From: an uncultured Acidobacteriota bacterium | Lineage (GTDB): Bacteria; Acidobacteriota; Vicinamibacteria; Vicinamibacterales; UBA2999 | DNA length: 64,000 nucleotides | Assembly: GCA_963724485.1 (NCBI GenBank) | Contig: CAVRUW010000002.1 | Location: 65,381-129,380, forward strand | Direction of reading: 5' to 3' | Shown: positions 10,259 to 20,630 of the stretch, in pieces | Numbering within the stretch: the stretch's first letter is position 1 | How the letters are laid out: each line of letters opens with the position of its first letter | Position numbers and translations under genes: made by a program | Notes under the pieces: generated by a model | What the model was told of the DNA's origin: nothing | The model's database searches: none | The model's input: the letters and a program-made list of their open reading frames with translations, nothing else

Positions 10259-11686
10259 ATGATTCAGCCCCGCGAGCCGCTCGACACCTTGATCCAGCGG
10301 CCGCAGTCGTACACGTCGCATCTCGCGTTCCCGGACCCCGCGACGATCATGCTGTACGACGACACGCTGCGCGACGGCGAGCAGATGCCGGGCGTCGCCT
10401 TCTCGCCGGAGCAGAAAGTAACGCTGGCGACGCTGCTGGGCGAGATCGGCATCGACGTCATCGACGTCGCTTTTCCGGTGGTCTCGGCGAGCGATCGTGT
10501 CGCCTTGCAGCGGATTCTGGAAGCGCAGTCCGCAGGTGCCATCCGCGCCGATCTCGACGTGCTGGCAATGTGCCGTGCCGTTCCCGGCGACATCGATGCC
10601 GTGCTCGAGGTCGTGGCCGCAGCCGGCCGTCGCCCGCGCGACGTCTCGGTGCTGATCCTGTCGACGGCATCCGACCTTCATCTGAAGTACAAGCTGGGAC
10701 GTACGTTGCTCGCCCGCGAGGGTCGCGATCCCTCTGAATGGCTCGATCTGCCGGTCGCGTTCTATCGCGAAGCGAACATTCGCCTGATTACGGATGCGAT
10801 CCGCTACGCCAGTTCGCGCGGCATCGAGCGGATTGAGTTCGCTGCCGAAGACGCGAGCCGCGGTGATCTGCAGTACGCGATTGACTGGGCGAAGGCGTGC
10901 ATCGAGGCGGGCGGCACGAGGTTCTGTTTCTCGGACACATGCGGCGTCTTCACCCCGGAAGGCGTGGACCACTACTTCCCTCCAATCATCGAAGCGCTTG
11001 GAGTGCGGCAGGGGCGGGTCCAGCTGACGGCGCACTTTCACAACGATTTCGGCCTCGGTGCGATCAATACGGTCCGCGCCGTGATGCACGGCGCGACGCA
11101 CCCCAGCCTGACGGCAAACGGCATCGGTGAACGCGCCGGCAACACGTCGATTCACCAATTCGTGATGGTTTTGAAGGAGCTCTACGGCGTGACGCTGCCG
11201 CGATTCAAATACGAGCGGCTCCACGAGCTGCGCGATGCCATCGAACACGCGTCAGGTGTGCCGCTGCAACCGCACGAGCCGATTGTCGGCGAAGGCGTGT
11301 TCTCGCACGAGTCGGGCATTCACACCGCCGCGATTCTGGTCCACCCCGCGATCTATCAGTTCATTCGCGAGGAAACCGTGGGCGGGACCCACCGTTTCGT
11401 TTTCGGGAAGCACTCCGGGACAGCGGCGGTCGAGGCGGTTCTCCAAAAGCACGCCGATCTCCTGGCCGCGCAGGGTCTAGCCGTGAGTGAAACGCTCGTG
11501 GCCACCGTGCTCGAGCGCGTGAAAGAGTTGCGCGAGACCATGATCGCGACTGGGCACCACACTCGCGCCGTGGACGACTTCTACCGGAATTACGATCGGC
11601 TGGGCATCAGCGAAGCCGCGCTCGTCGAGATCGCCATGGAGTGTGGGGTGGCGAGCACAGGGAGATCAGGGAGATCAGGGAGCTAG
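10259..11686 (+). CDS. DRE-TIM metallolyase, homocitrate/2-isopropylmalate synthase-like, without the LeuA regulatory domain
   Basis: DDTLRDGEQ, EDASR, SDTCG, HFHNDFG, GIGERAGN, FSHESGIH, GKHSG. Confidence 0.88.
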   Translation: MIQPREPLDTLIQRPQSYTSHLAFPDPATIMLYDDTLRDGEQMPGVAFSPEQKVTLATLLGEIGIDVIDVAFPVVSASDRVALQRILEAQSAGAIRADLDVLAMCRAVPGDIDAVLEVVAAAGRRPRDVSVLILSTASDLHLKYKLGRTLLAREGRDPSEWLDLPVAFYREANIRLITDAIRYASSRGIERIEFAAEDASRGDLQYAIDWAKACIEAGGTRFCFSDTCGVFTPEGVDHYFPPIIEALGVRQGRVQLTAHFHNDFGLGAINTVRAVMHGATHPSLTANGIGERAGNTSIHQFVMVLKELYGVTLPRFKYERLHELRDAIEHASGVPLQPHEPIVGEGVFSHESGIHTAAILVHPAIYQFIREETVGGTHRFVFGKHSGTAAVEAVLQKHADLLAAQGLAVSETLVATVLERVKELRETMIATGHHTRAVDDFYRNYDRLGISEAALVEIAMECGVASTGRSGRSGS

Positions 11687-11692
11687 AGCACT

Positions 11693-14294
11693 CTACTCAC
11701 TTCGCAACACGGTTGCCGGATCGACGCGCATCGCACGCCGCGCCGGAATCCATGCCGCCGTCAGTCGCGACGAGAACGAGCATTGCGATGGTGAACGCCT
11801 GCGCGACCGGGTCCCATGGTGTGATGCCGAACAGCAGGCCCCGGAGACTCGTTGCGGTCAGGTATGCACCAGCGATCCCGAGACTTACACCGATGCCAAC
11901 CACGACGGCCACATTGCGGGCCACCAGCCCCATGACGTCGCGCGGCGTGGCGCCGACGGACAGACGGACTGCGACTTCGCGCCTGCGCAAAGCCACGATG
12001 TAGGCGAGCAAACCGTACAGGCCGATGGCCGTGAGGACGATGGCCGCAGTGCCAAAGGCGGTCAGCAACCAGGTGTTGAACCGGCGCGTGGCCATCTGGT
12101 CATCTACCAGCGCGTCGAGAGATGCTACCAATCCCAGTGGCTGATCCGGGTTGATCTCTCGAACGACCGCCCGAAGCGCCGGCGCCAGTGCAGCCGGGTC
12201 GCCCGCGGTTCGAAGCAGCAGCGTCATCGATCGAGGATCTTGCGTGTAGGGCTGGTACGACTCGGTGAACACCGGATGCTCGACACCGCCGCGCCGGGTA
12301 TCAGCGACGACACCAACCACCGTTAACCAAGGCGCGTTGTTGCCGTCCGGACTCCCGAAGGTCAATCGCTTACCGAGCGGATCGGCATCGGGCCAGTGGG
12401 TCTGTGCCGTCTTCTCGTTGATGATCGTCACTTGCGGGCTTTCGAGCGTGTCGGCGGCCGAGAAGTAACGGCCGCTCAGTAGCGGGATCTGGAGGACACG
12501 AAAGAAGTCAGGGCTGACCACATCGAACGTCAGGGGCTGCTGGATCACCTCCGGCCGGCCCTCGATGGTGAAGGCGCTCGAATTCGGCAGACGACCCAAG
12601 AGCACGGAGCTGCCCGCGGCGACGCCGGAGACGCCAGGAAGCGCGCGCACCCGCTCGATCACACGATCCCAGAACGCCTGGCGAGCGGCTGGTTCGCCAT
12701 ACTGGTTTGCCGGAAGTTGCAATCGAGCCGAGAGGACACCCCGCGGCTCGAAGCCGAGGTCAACTCGTTGCGCTTTGATCAAGCTAGCGACCATCAGCGT
12801 CGTCGACGAGAGCACCAGCGTGGCAATCGCGATCTCCGAGATGACGAGTGCTCGCCTGAAGCGTTGCGACAGCCCTCCGCGAACGGCTCCCTTGCTTCCA
12901 CCCGACGCCACTTCGACGACATCGGCGCCAGCGGCCTTCCAACTTGGCCACACGCCGAACGCCACGCCGGTGAGTGCCGCCATCGCGAGCGCGAGGGCGA
13001 CCATCGGCGCATCCAGTGAGACGTCCCGCAACCACGAGAGCGTCGGTGGTGCCACCTGCAGCAGGAGTCGAAGCGCGAGGGTGCCGATCGCGACGCCGAA
13101 GGCGCCGCCGAGAAGGAACAGGACCAGCCCCTCGGTGAGCAACTGCCGGGCAATGCGACGCCTGGAGGCGCCAAGAGCCGTTCGAATGGCGACTTCCCGC
13201 CGCCGATCGGCGCCACGCGCGACCAGCATCCCGGCGACGTTCACGCACGCAATCAGCAGCACACCAACCACGGCGGCCGTCAGCAGCATGAGCGCTGGTT
13301 TGAACGGACCCGCGAGCTCCTCGCGCAGGCTGACGAGTGCCACACCGAGATCGCGATCCGCCGGCCGCTCGGCGGCCAGCCTCTCGGCAATCGCACTCAT
13401 CTCTGCTTGCGCCTGGGCGATCGTGACGTGAGGTTTGAGTCGGGCGACAGTTTGCAGCCAGAAGGAACCGCTCTGTCGATCGTCAGGACTCGGTTGTAAC
13501 GGCACCCAGGCATCGACGTCTCGCTCCGGGAACTGAAACGACGGAGGCAGCACCCCGATGACGGTATGGGGGACCGCATCCAGCCGTAGCGTCTGACCGA
13601 CTACCGTCCGCTGACCGGCGAACTTCCGTTGCCAGAAGCCGTAGCTGAGGACCACGACGGCTGCCTGTTCTTCGGTCGCGGCCACCACACGTCCCAACAC
13701 TGGTTCCGTCTGAACGACCTGAAACAGCTCTGGTGTCGCCCTCACCACCCGCAGTTGCTCCGGGTCACCCACACCGGTGAGCACTGCCCGCCTGAAGGTG
13801 TAGGCCGCGAAGGTTTCGAACAGTTGACTGTGATCGCGCCACGCCACGAGCCGGGGATAGGACGTGACGTCGCGGTCGAACCCCTGACGAGGATTGGTCA
13901 CCCAGACCATCGTTGCCCGGTCTGCCTCACGGTATGGCAGCGGATCGATCAACAGCAGCTTTCCGACGCTGAAGACCGCGCTTGTAACACCAATTCCCAG
14001 GGCCACTGTCCCCACGGCTACGGCTGCAAAGCCGGGTTCGCGCCGGATGAGACGTACAGCGAGCCGCAGATCGGCAGCGAGGACTCGAAGGTGCTGACCG
14101 GGAGCCTCCATCGTCACCGCCAGAATGGCGCTGAGTGCCGTCCACGCCCATGGCGCGCCGCGCGCCTCCCGCAGCCGATCCACGAAAACCAGGGTCATCT
14201 CTCTGCCGTACTCCTCGCGGTACGCGGTGGGATAGAGATGAAGCACCGCGCTGAACACCGCGCGCGCCCAGGACTGCGACGGAGTGAGCGGCAT
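11693..14294 (-). CDS. ADOP-type duplicated ABC permease (MacB/FtsX-like); +1 frameshift near 11765
   Basis: LYP..YREEYG.EM N-terminus, LLIACVNVA, EVAIRTALGA; the shifted frame gives the usual C-terminus LTAAWIPARRAMRVDPATVLRSE* ending at 11693. Confidence 0.9.
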
Positions 14295-14296
14295 CG

Positions 14297-14668
14297 CTAT
14301 CGCCTCCGTGGCAGCAGCCCGGTCGCGCGCGCATCAGCCAGCAGACGCGTCAGTCGCACGGCTTCGGCCTGCGCAACGCGACGGCCCAGGGTCGTCAGGC
14401 GGTAGTAGCGACGGCGCTCGTCATCGTGATCGGGATCGGGTCGTTCGCGGAGTTCTTCGATCAGCCCCGATTCGAGCAGCCGCCTGATCACGGCATAGAG
14501 GGTGCTCGGGCTGAGGCGGGTCCGACCGTCCGTGCGCTCGGCGATCTCCTGCAGGATGGCGTAACCATGGCGGTCGCCGTCCGCCAGCGAGACGAGCACG
14601 TCAAACGTGTCGCCGGGAAGCGGCAGGAAGTCCTCGGGATTGTCCCCCTCGCGGCGTTGTCGAGGCAT
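14297..14668 (-). CDS. PadR-family transcriptional regulator
   Basis: LADGDRHGYAILQEI...STLYAVIRRL...RRRYYRLTTLG; directly upstream of the ADOP permease. Confidence 0.92.
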   Translation of the reverse strand: MPRQRREGDNPEDFLPLPGDTFDVLVSLADGDRHGYAILQEIAERTDGRTRLSPSTLYAVIRRLLESGLIEELRERPDPDHDDERRRYYRLTTLGRRVAQAEAVRLTRLLADARATGLLPRRR

Positions 14669-14671
14669 CCC

Positions 14672-14716
14672 CAATATTAACAATAGTTGCTATAGCCAAC
14701 AATGGAATAGTTGGAA
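14672..14716. promoter_or_regulatory. Putative PadR operator/promoter
   Basis: AT-rich; AATAGTTG direct repeat (14682, 14706) and an imperfect CTAT...ATAG dyad just upstream of the PadR gene. Confidence 0.4.
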
Positions 14717-14743
14717 TCTTACGACCTGGCGAGCCGCCAGCGC

Positions 14744-17327
14744 TCAGCGCGCGTTGGGGACTGCAGGGACCGGCAACGCTCTGAGTTCGGCGAGGGCCGT
14801 CGATCGATTGCGCATGGTGGCGACCGCCTCCTGCATCTTCTTCAGAAGATCCTGGAAACGCGACTCGCGCCGAACACTTTCGAAAACAGGGTGCCGCCCG
14901 AGCGTTGAGTAATCTTTGTACCCTGCCGTAAATCCACGCTCGAGCCACTCGAGGGCCGGGACCGATTCCCCTTTCACCGCATGGATGGCCGCGATCTCGA
15001 TCGGGACTCGCTGGCCCTCGTTGCCATCCGCCAATGCCGCCTGAGCCTGTTTCGAGGATTCGGCCAGAAGATCCAACGCCCGGGCACGCTCCCCGCGCTT
15101 CATCAACAGGTATGCGTAGGTTGTCCGGTGAGTTTCCGGTTTGAGGAGCGGCGAGGTTGTCAACCCAGGGGTGTTGCGAAACAGGCGCTCGATATTTGTC
15201 TCCGCATCCGGTGCTCCGGTCAGAAAACTCAACTCGCCCAACACCATCAGTCCTTCTTCGAACGCGGGGTTCTCTTCTATCATCTTCCGCGCCCGTGATA
15301 CTGCGGCAGCCTCGTTCCCACGCAGATAATCCAGCCCCGCCAGCAGAGCCTGCAACCGCGGCGCTCGAGGGAACCGCGCTGCACCCTCCGTCAACCAGCG
15401 TTCCGATGTCGCATCGTCACGGAGGAACATCATCGGCCAAGCGATGTGGTAGATGGTGTCGCCCATGAGCGGTGATCGATCGAGAAGCCGGCGCGCCCAG
15501 GCGAGCCCCTCGTCATGCCGGCCGAGGATCTCGGACTCGAGGACGGCGATATTCGAGATGGAACCGCCACTGCGCTCGAGCTCCTGCGCTTTCAGAAATT
15601 CCTGCCTAGACCTCGCCGCCCATCCCTTCACCGCATAGCCGCTTGCAAGAGCCACATGCGCTCGCGCCAGCGTCGGGTCCATTTCGACCGCCCTCTCCGC
15701 CTCTTCGATGGAGAGGTCGAGATACTTGGGATCTCCGTAGTACGCGAGAAAAAAGAGTCGATAGGCCATGCTGGCCTGTGCGACGGCGAAGCCAGGATCG
15801 AGCTTCAGTGCGTCCCGGAGGAGTTCGATCGCGCGCAGATTCTGCTGCCGCTCGCCCGAGCTGAGCACCTGAGATCGCAAGTAGATCTGATACGCCTCGG
15901 GATTCGTCGTCGGCAGCCGCTCGACGTTCTTTCGCTCGGCCGGGGTCAGGGTCGCCTTCAGCGCCTCCGCGATGCGCAGCGCGACATCACGCTGAACCGA
16001 GAGCACATCGTCCAGGCTGCGGTCGTACTGCTCGGTCCAGATCGTCTGCTCCGTTTCGGTGTCGACGAGTTCGACAGCCACCCGAACTCGCGCTCCCTCC
16101 AGGCGGACGCTGCCTTCGACGGCGCTGCCCGCTCCGAGATCTGCTCGCAAGCCCGCGACGTTGGCGTCGTCGTACCGTTGCACAGCGCCTCGGCTCAGCA
16201 CCCGCAGCGCGCCGAGTTTGGAGAGTTGTCCCCGGATCTCATCGGTCACGCCGGCCGAAAAGTAGGCACGCGCTGGATCCCCGGTGAGGTCTCTGAACGG
16301 CAGGACGGCCACGACACGTCGAGCGTCATCTCTGGCGGAAGCGACGTCGGCACGCGAGCGCAGCGTCCAGAAGGCCGCAAGGGCGACGAGCGCGACGAGC
16401 GTCGCGGCAAGCACGAGCCGCCCGATGGACGTCCGGCGAACGGGTGTGTGCAGCGGGCCGAGAGGCGGAGCTCTCATGAACCAGATCTCTCAGGTCGCGC
16501 GCGAGATCGCGGGTCGATTCGTATCGCTCGTCCGGCTTCTTCGCAAGGCAGCGCGCGATGACGTGCGAGAGCTGAACGGGCACTTGCGGATTGTGCGTCT
16601 CAGCCCGCTCGAGTTCGTGTTCGATGATTGCGGCCAGTGTTTGCGGCGCCGACTCGCGCCCGAACGCGCGTTTTCCGGTGGCCAACTCGTAGAGGATGAT
16701 GCCAAGCGCAAATTGATCGGACCGGTAGTCCACGACTCTCCCGGTCGCCTGCTCCGGCGACATGTATCCGACCGTGCCGAGGAGAACGCCCGCCGCCGTT
16801 CCTCCGGCCGCTGTTGCGAGCTGCGAACCCAGATCGGCTTCGGCCGGCGCCAGCTTCGCAAGTCCGAAGTCGAGGATTTTGACCAGCCCGTCGCGCGTCA
16901 CCATCACGTTGTCGGGCTTCAGATCGCGATGGATGATGCCAGCGGCGTGCGCCTTCGCCAGTCCTTCCGCAATTTGTGCGCCGATCTTGACAACCGTCGG
17001 TACCGCTTGTGGTCGACCCGTGGCTAGGAGTTCCCGCAACGAGGCGCCATCCACCCACTCCATCGCGATGTAGGACGTCGGCCCCTCGACACCGACGTCG
17101 TGGATGGTGACGATGTTGGGGTGATTCAAGGCGGAAGCGGAACGTGCTTCGCGTTCAAATCGCTCGACTCGATCGGGATCGGCGGCCAGGTCATGCCGCA
17201 GCACCTTGATCGCCACGATCCGCCCAAGCCGCCCATCACGCGCGCGGTAGACCTCGCCCATTCCGCCTTCGCCAAGCGGCTCGACGATCTCGTACGGTCC
17301 GAGGCGCGCACCAGAGTCAAGTCTCAT
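14744..17327 (-). CDS. Ser/Thr kinase with TM, TolB-N-like (VAVLPF) domain and TPRs; +1 frameshift near 16447
   Basis: Kinase ORF 16326..17327 joins ORF 14744..16477 (VAVLPFRDL, GSVR, EAYQIYLR, TPR-like helices). Confidence 0.9.
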
Positions 17328-17334
17328 GGCTTGG

Positions 17335-20300
17335 CTACGGCACCACCACGGTGGCGGGAGGCGTTGGCGCCGATAACCCGCAGCTATTTCTGGACGTCAC
17401 CCTAAACGTGTAAGAGCCAGCACCGGCACTGCCTGAAAGGCTCCGAGCCGTGACTGGGAAACTGCCAGCAAAGGCGCCCGTGACGTTGACGACGAAACTC
17501 GTCGGCGCAGGGCCGCTGACCGGGAGATCCCAGAGCAGCGTAATCAAATTCCCGGTGTTCGTCGCGCTGAAGTTCGCCGGCGCACCGGGGATGCCAGTGC
17601 ACGTGTCAGGTATGACCACGTCCACGCGGTTAGAGTTCGGACCGTCACCATTTGCGTTAACGCCGTGAACCCACAGCTGATACGTCCCCGCCGGCACGTT
17701 GTTGAACGTGATGCTTTCGGTCAAGCCAACGGGCACAAAGGCGCTCGCCGCGCCGCGGACGACGATGTGGAATCTCGTCGAAGTCCCGCCGCTCGCGTTG
17801 TTCATCCAGGCGAGCGACAGCGTGTTGCCATCCACGAGAGAGAGCAGGTTCGTTGGCGGAGCGGGAAGCGTGGGCACATTTACGAACAGCCGCACTTCGT
17901 TTGACGCGGCGCTGCGCAATCCTCCCGCGAGTGTGTGCACGCGGACGTAAAACGCTCCCGTTGGCGCTGAGAAGGTAAACGTCGTCGACGAGGCGCCAAG
18001 CTGAAGCGAGCCGAGAACCTGGCCCGGTGTTCCCCCACCCTCGAGCACATAACCTGTCGGCGTCAGGCTGTCGGTCGGCGCTTTGAACGACATCGTGACG
18101 TTGCTGCCGACCACCGAGACGACGCGTAGATCCGTCGGTGGGTGCACGGACGTTGCGGTCGTGACCAGCCGATAGGCACCGCGGCCGTAAGTAAACGCTA
18201 TCGTGGTGTCGGTCGTTGGATTGATCTGAATATCGAAGACCGACGCATTTGGAATGCCCACCTCTAACCCTTGCTTCGACCACGTGGTGCCGCCGTCGGT
18301 GCTCTGCCACAACCCACGATCGCTTCCGGCGTAGATGAGACTGGGATTGCGGGGGTCGATGGCCAGCACGTTGAACGGCACGTCAGCGGCAGGACTGACG
18401 TCGACCCACGTGGGTGTCGCGTCGAGCGCGTTGACCGTCTTGAACACGTGTCCAGGCCTGACTGGGGTCGCATCGTTGAAACTCGAAATGGCGGCGTAAG
18501 CAGTCGCAGCCGTCGAAGGGTGAAACACGATGCTGTTGATTGGCCGCGCCGGTAATGTTCCCGTCGGATCCAGATCGGTCCACGAGGCGCCGCCGTTGCG
18601 CGTCAGATAAACCTCCCCGCCGCGGTTCCCGTAAGCGTAGGTGTTGCAACCAGCTTCACTCGGCGGAAAAGCGATGGAGTGGATCGTGCCCGGCGCGTCG
18701 AGGGAATTCGGGAACGGGAATGGATGGGTGGGGCTGTTTTGCGCCCACGAAGGCGGCGACGCCGAGAAGAAGTTGTTGGTCCGCCACAGCCGATTCGTGC
18801 CGGTCAGAAACACTTCGTCATCGGCCGGGCATTTGCGAACCGGCGCGACAAACGCCGCGCCAGCCTTATCGATACCGACATCGGCCTGGATCCCTGTCTT
18901 GCCGCCATCGGTCGTCCGCGAAATGGCTCCGAAAATCCACGCCAGCATCCAGTGAGTCGATGGATGACTCGAGGACATGGCGACCTCGGCCTCGCCCCAT
19001 TCCCAACTGGCAACCTGCTGGAGAATCGACCAGCGATTGCTCGGCCCAGCAACGCTCGCCTGGAAGTCTCGCAGCCCACCAATCATGAACTGCCGGTCCG
19101 TCGGATGAAGCGCGGCGCTGTAAAACATCGCCGTGGACAGCCCGTTGTTGTGGTTCTGCCAGCTCTGCCCGCTGTTCGTGGTGCTCCACACCCCGCCGTC
19201 GGTACCAACGATCAACCGATTCCCTGCGAACGCGAGGGCGTGCAGGTCGGAGTGGACGCGCGCCGTCCTCGTGATGTTGGCCCACGACGGCGAGCCGCCG
19301 CAGTTCGTGCAACGCCAGAAACCCTTTTCGGCGCCACCCGCGTAGAGCGTATTGGGATTGACCGGATCGACGATGATGCCGTGCGTGTAGCCGCACTTCG
19401 GCTCGCAGTAGTCGATCCCGGTCGGCTGCCTTGGCACTTCAACCCACACCGGAACAGGCGCCCACGCATTATCGGTCCGGTAGAGACCCAAGAGCCCCGT
19501 CGATGACGGACCGTCGTTCGGTGGAATCTGAATGCTTGCGTACAACACATTGGGCGACGAGGGTGATAGCGAAAGCTCGATGCGGCCAACGGTCGCGACT
19601 GATGGGGACGAGCTCGTCCCCCACGGCCCCTCGACTCTCGTCCACGTGTCGCCGCCATCGATCGAACGATAGAGCCCATTCGTGACGCTCCCAGGCGCCT
19701 CGCCCGGCCTCCCACTACGCTGGTCGGCAATCGCGGTGTACTGGTTGTTGAAATTGGTCGCGTCCACTTCGAGGGCGCTCGCCTGTCCGGCGAGCGTTCT
19801 GGTCCACGAACTACCGCCGTCGATCGACTTCTGAATTCCAAAAAGCGGGGGCGACGGCGCACCTTCCCGGCTGTCTTTCCCGAAACCACCGCGGCTGGTC
19901 GCGGCGAGGACGACATTTGCGTTGGACGGGTGGACGCGAATTCGGCGCACCGACCCGCGCGCAAATGTCGAAGCTGCTTGCAGCAACCAGGTGCGCCCGC
20001 CGTTGAGCGACTTCAGCATCCCAACTCCGACCTGCACGAACCCGACGCCGCCCGGAGCTTCTCCGGTTCCGACATAGATGATTTGCGGATCGCTCGGGGC
20101 GAAGGCGATCGCTCCCGTCGCAAGCGTGGGGGCAGCATCGGTGATCGGGAGCCATGACGTCCCGCCATCGAAGCTTTCCCACACACCGCCATTGCCAGCA
20201 CCCATCAACCAGTGATTCGTGTTGAGCGGATCGACGGCGAGAGTGGCAACGCGGCCGCTATTCCAATTGGCGGGCTCCGCCGGATTGTCGATGTAACTGA

Positions 20301-20451
20301 GGGGGGCAGGACCGATGTTGACCCACGTGCCGACAGTGGCAGGCGCACTTGCCGGTGGCGGGTCGCTCGTCGTAAGCACCGAACTGCCTTTGACGAACCA
20401 CGCGCCGACAAGCAGGAGTAGAACAATAACCAGCGAAGCGACATAGCGCAT
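17335..20451 (-). CDS. Secreted BNR/Asp-box beta-propeller protein (sortilin/GH74-like fold) with three C-terminal FN3-like repeats
   Basis: Signal-like N-terminus; many S.DGG.(T/S)W boxes; AFTYGRGAY; repeats starting PPTDL, PPTNL and APANF. Confidence 0.85.
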   Translation of the reverse strand: MRYVASLVIVLLLLVGAWFVKGSSVLTTSDPPPASAPATVGTWVNIGPAPLSYIDNPAEPANWNSGRVATLAVDPLNTNHWLMGAGNGGVWESFDGGTSWLPITDAAPTLATGAIAFAPSDPQIIYVGTGEAPGGVGFVQVGVGMLKSLNGGRTWLLQAASTFARGSVRRIRVHPSNANVVLAATSRGGFGKDSREGAPSPPLFGIQKSIDGGSSWTRTLAGQASALEVDATNFNNQYTAIADQRSGRPGEAPGSVTNGLYRSIDGGDTWTRVEGPWGTSSSPSVATVGRIELSLSPSSPNVLYASIQIPPNDGPSSTGLLGLYRTDNAWAPVPVWVEVPRQPTGIDYCEPKCGYTHGIIVDPVNPNTLYAGGAEKGFWRCTNCGGSPSWANITRTARVHSDLHALAFAGNRLIVGTDGGVWSTTNSGQSWQNHNNGLSTAMFYSAALHPTDRQFMIGGLRDFQASVAGPSNRWSILQQVASWEWGEAEVAMSSSHPSTHWMLAWIFGAISRTTDGGKTGIQADVGIDKAGAAFVAPVRKCPADDEVFLTGTNRLWRTNNFFSASPPSWAQNSPTHPFPFPNSLDAPGTIHSIAFPPSEAGCNTYAYGNRGGEVYLTRNGGASWTDLDPTGTLPARPINSIVFHPSTAATAYAAISSFNDATPVRPGHVFKTVNALDATPTWVDVSPAADVPFNVLAIDPRNPSLIYAGSDRGLWQSTDGGTTWSKQGLEVGIPNASVFDIQINPTTDTTIAFTYGRGAYRLVTTATSVHPPTDLRVVSVVGSNVTMSFKAPTDSLTPTGYVLEGGGTPGQVLGSLQLGASSTTFTFSAPTGAFYVRVHTLAGGLRSAASNEVRLFVNVPTLPAPPTNLLSLVDGNTLSLAWMNNASGGTSTRFHIVVRGAASAFVPVGLTESITFNNVPAGTYQLWVHGVNANGDGPNSNRVDVVIPDTCTGIPGAPANFSATNTGNLITLLWDLPVSGPAPTSFVVNVTGAFAGSFPVTARSLSGSAGAGSYTFRVTSRNSCGLSAPTPPATVVVP

Positions 20452-20630
20452 TGGCGTCACCGTTCGCGTTCTTGTTGTGTCTCGCGGATGCTTGCCGGTA
20501 GCCATCCAGGTTCGTCACCCCATCGCACGGATGAGGTGGCGCACGCGACGTATTGTAGCGAGTAGTCGTAGAGACGGGCCGGAAATCGAGCGACTTCCAG
20601 AGGCTGGGGAGTGACGTATCCTCCAGCCGT

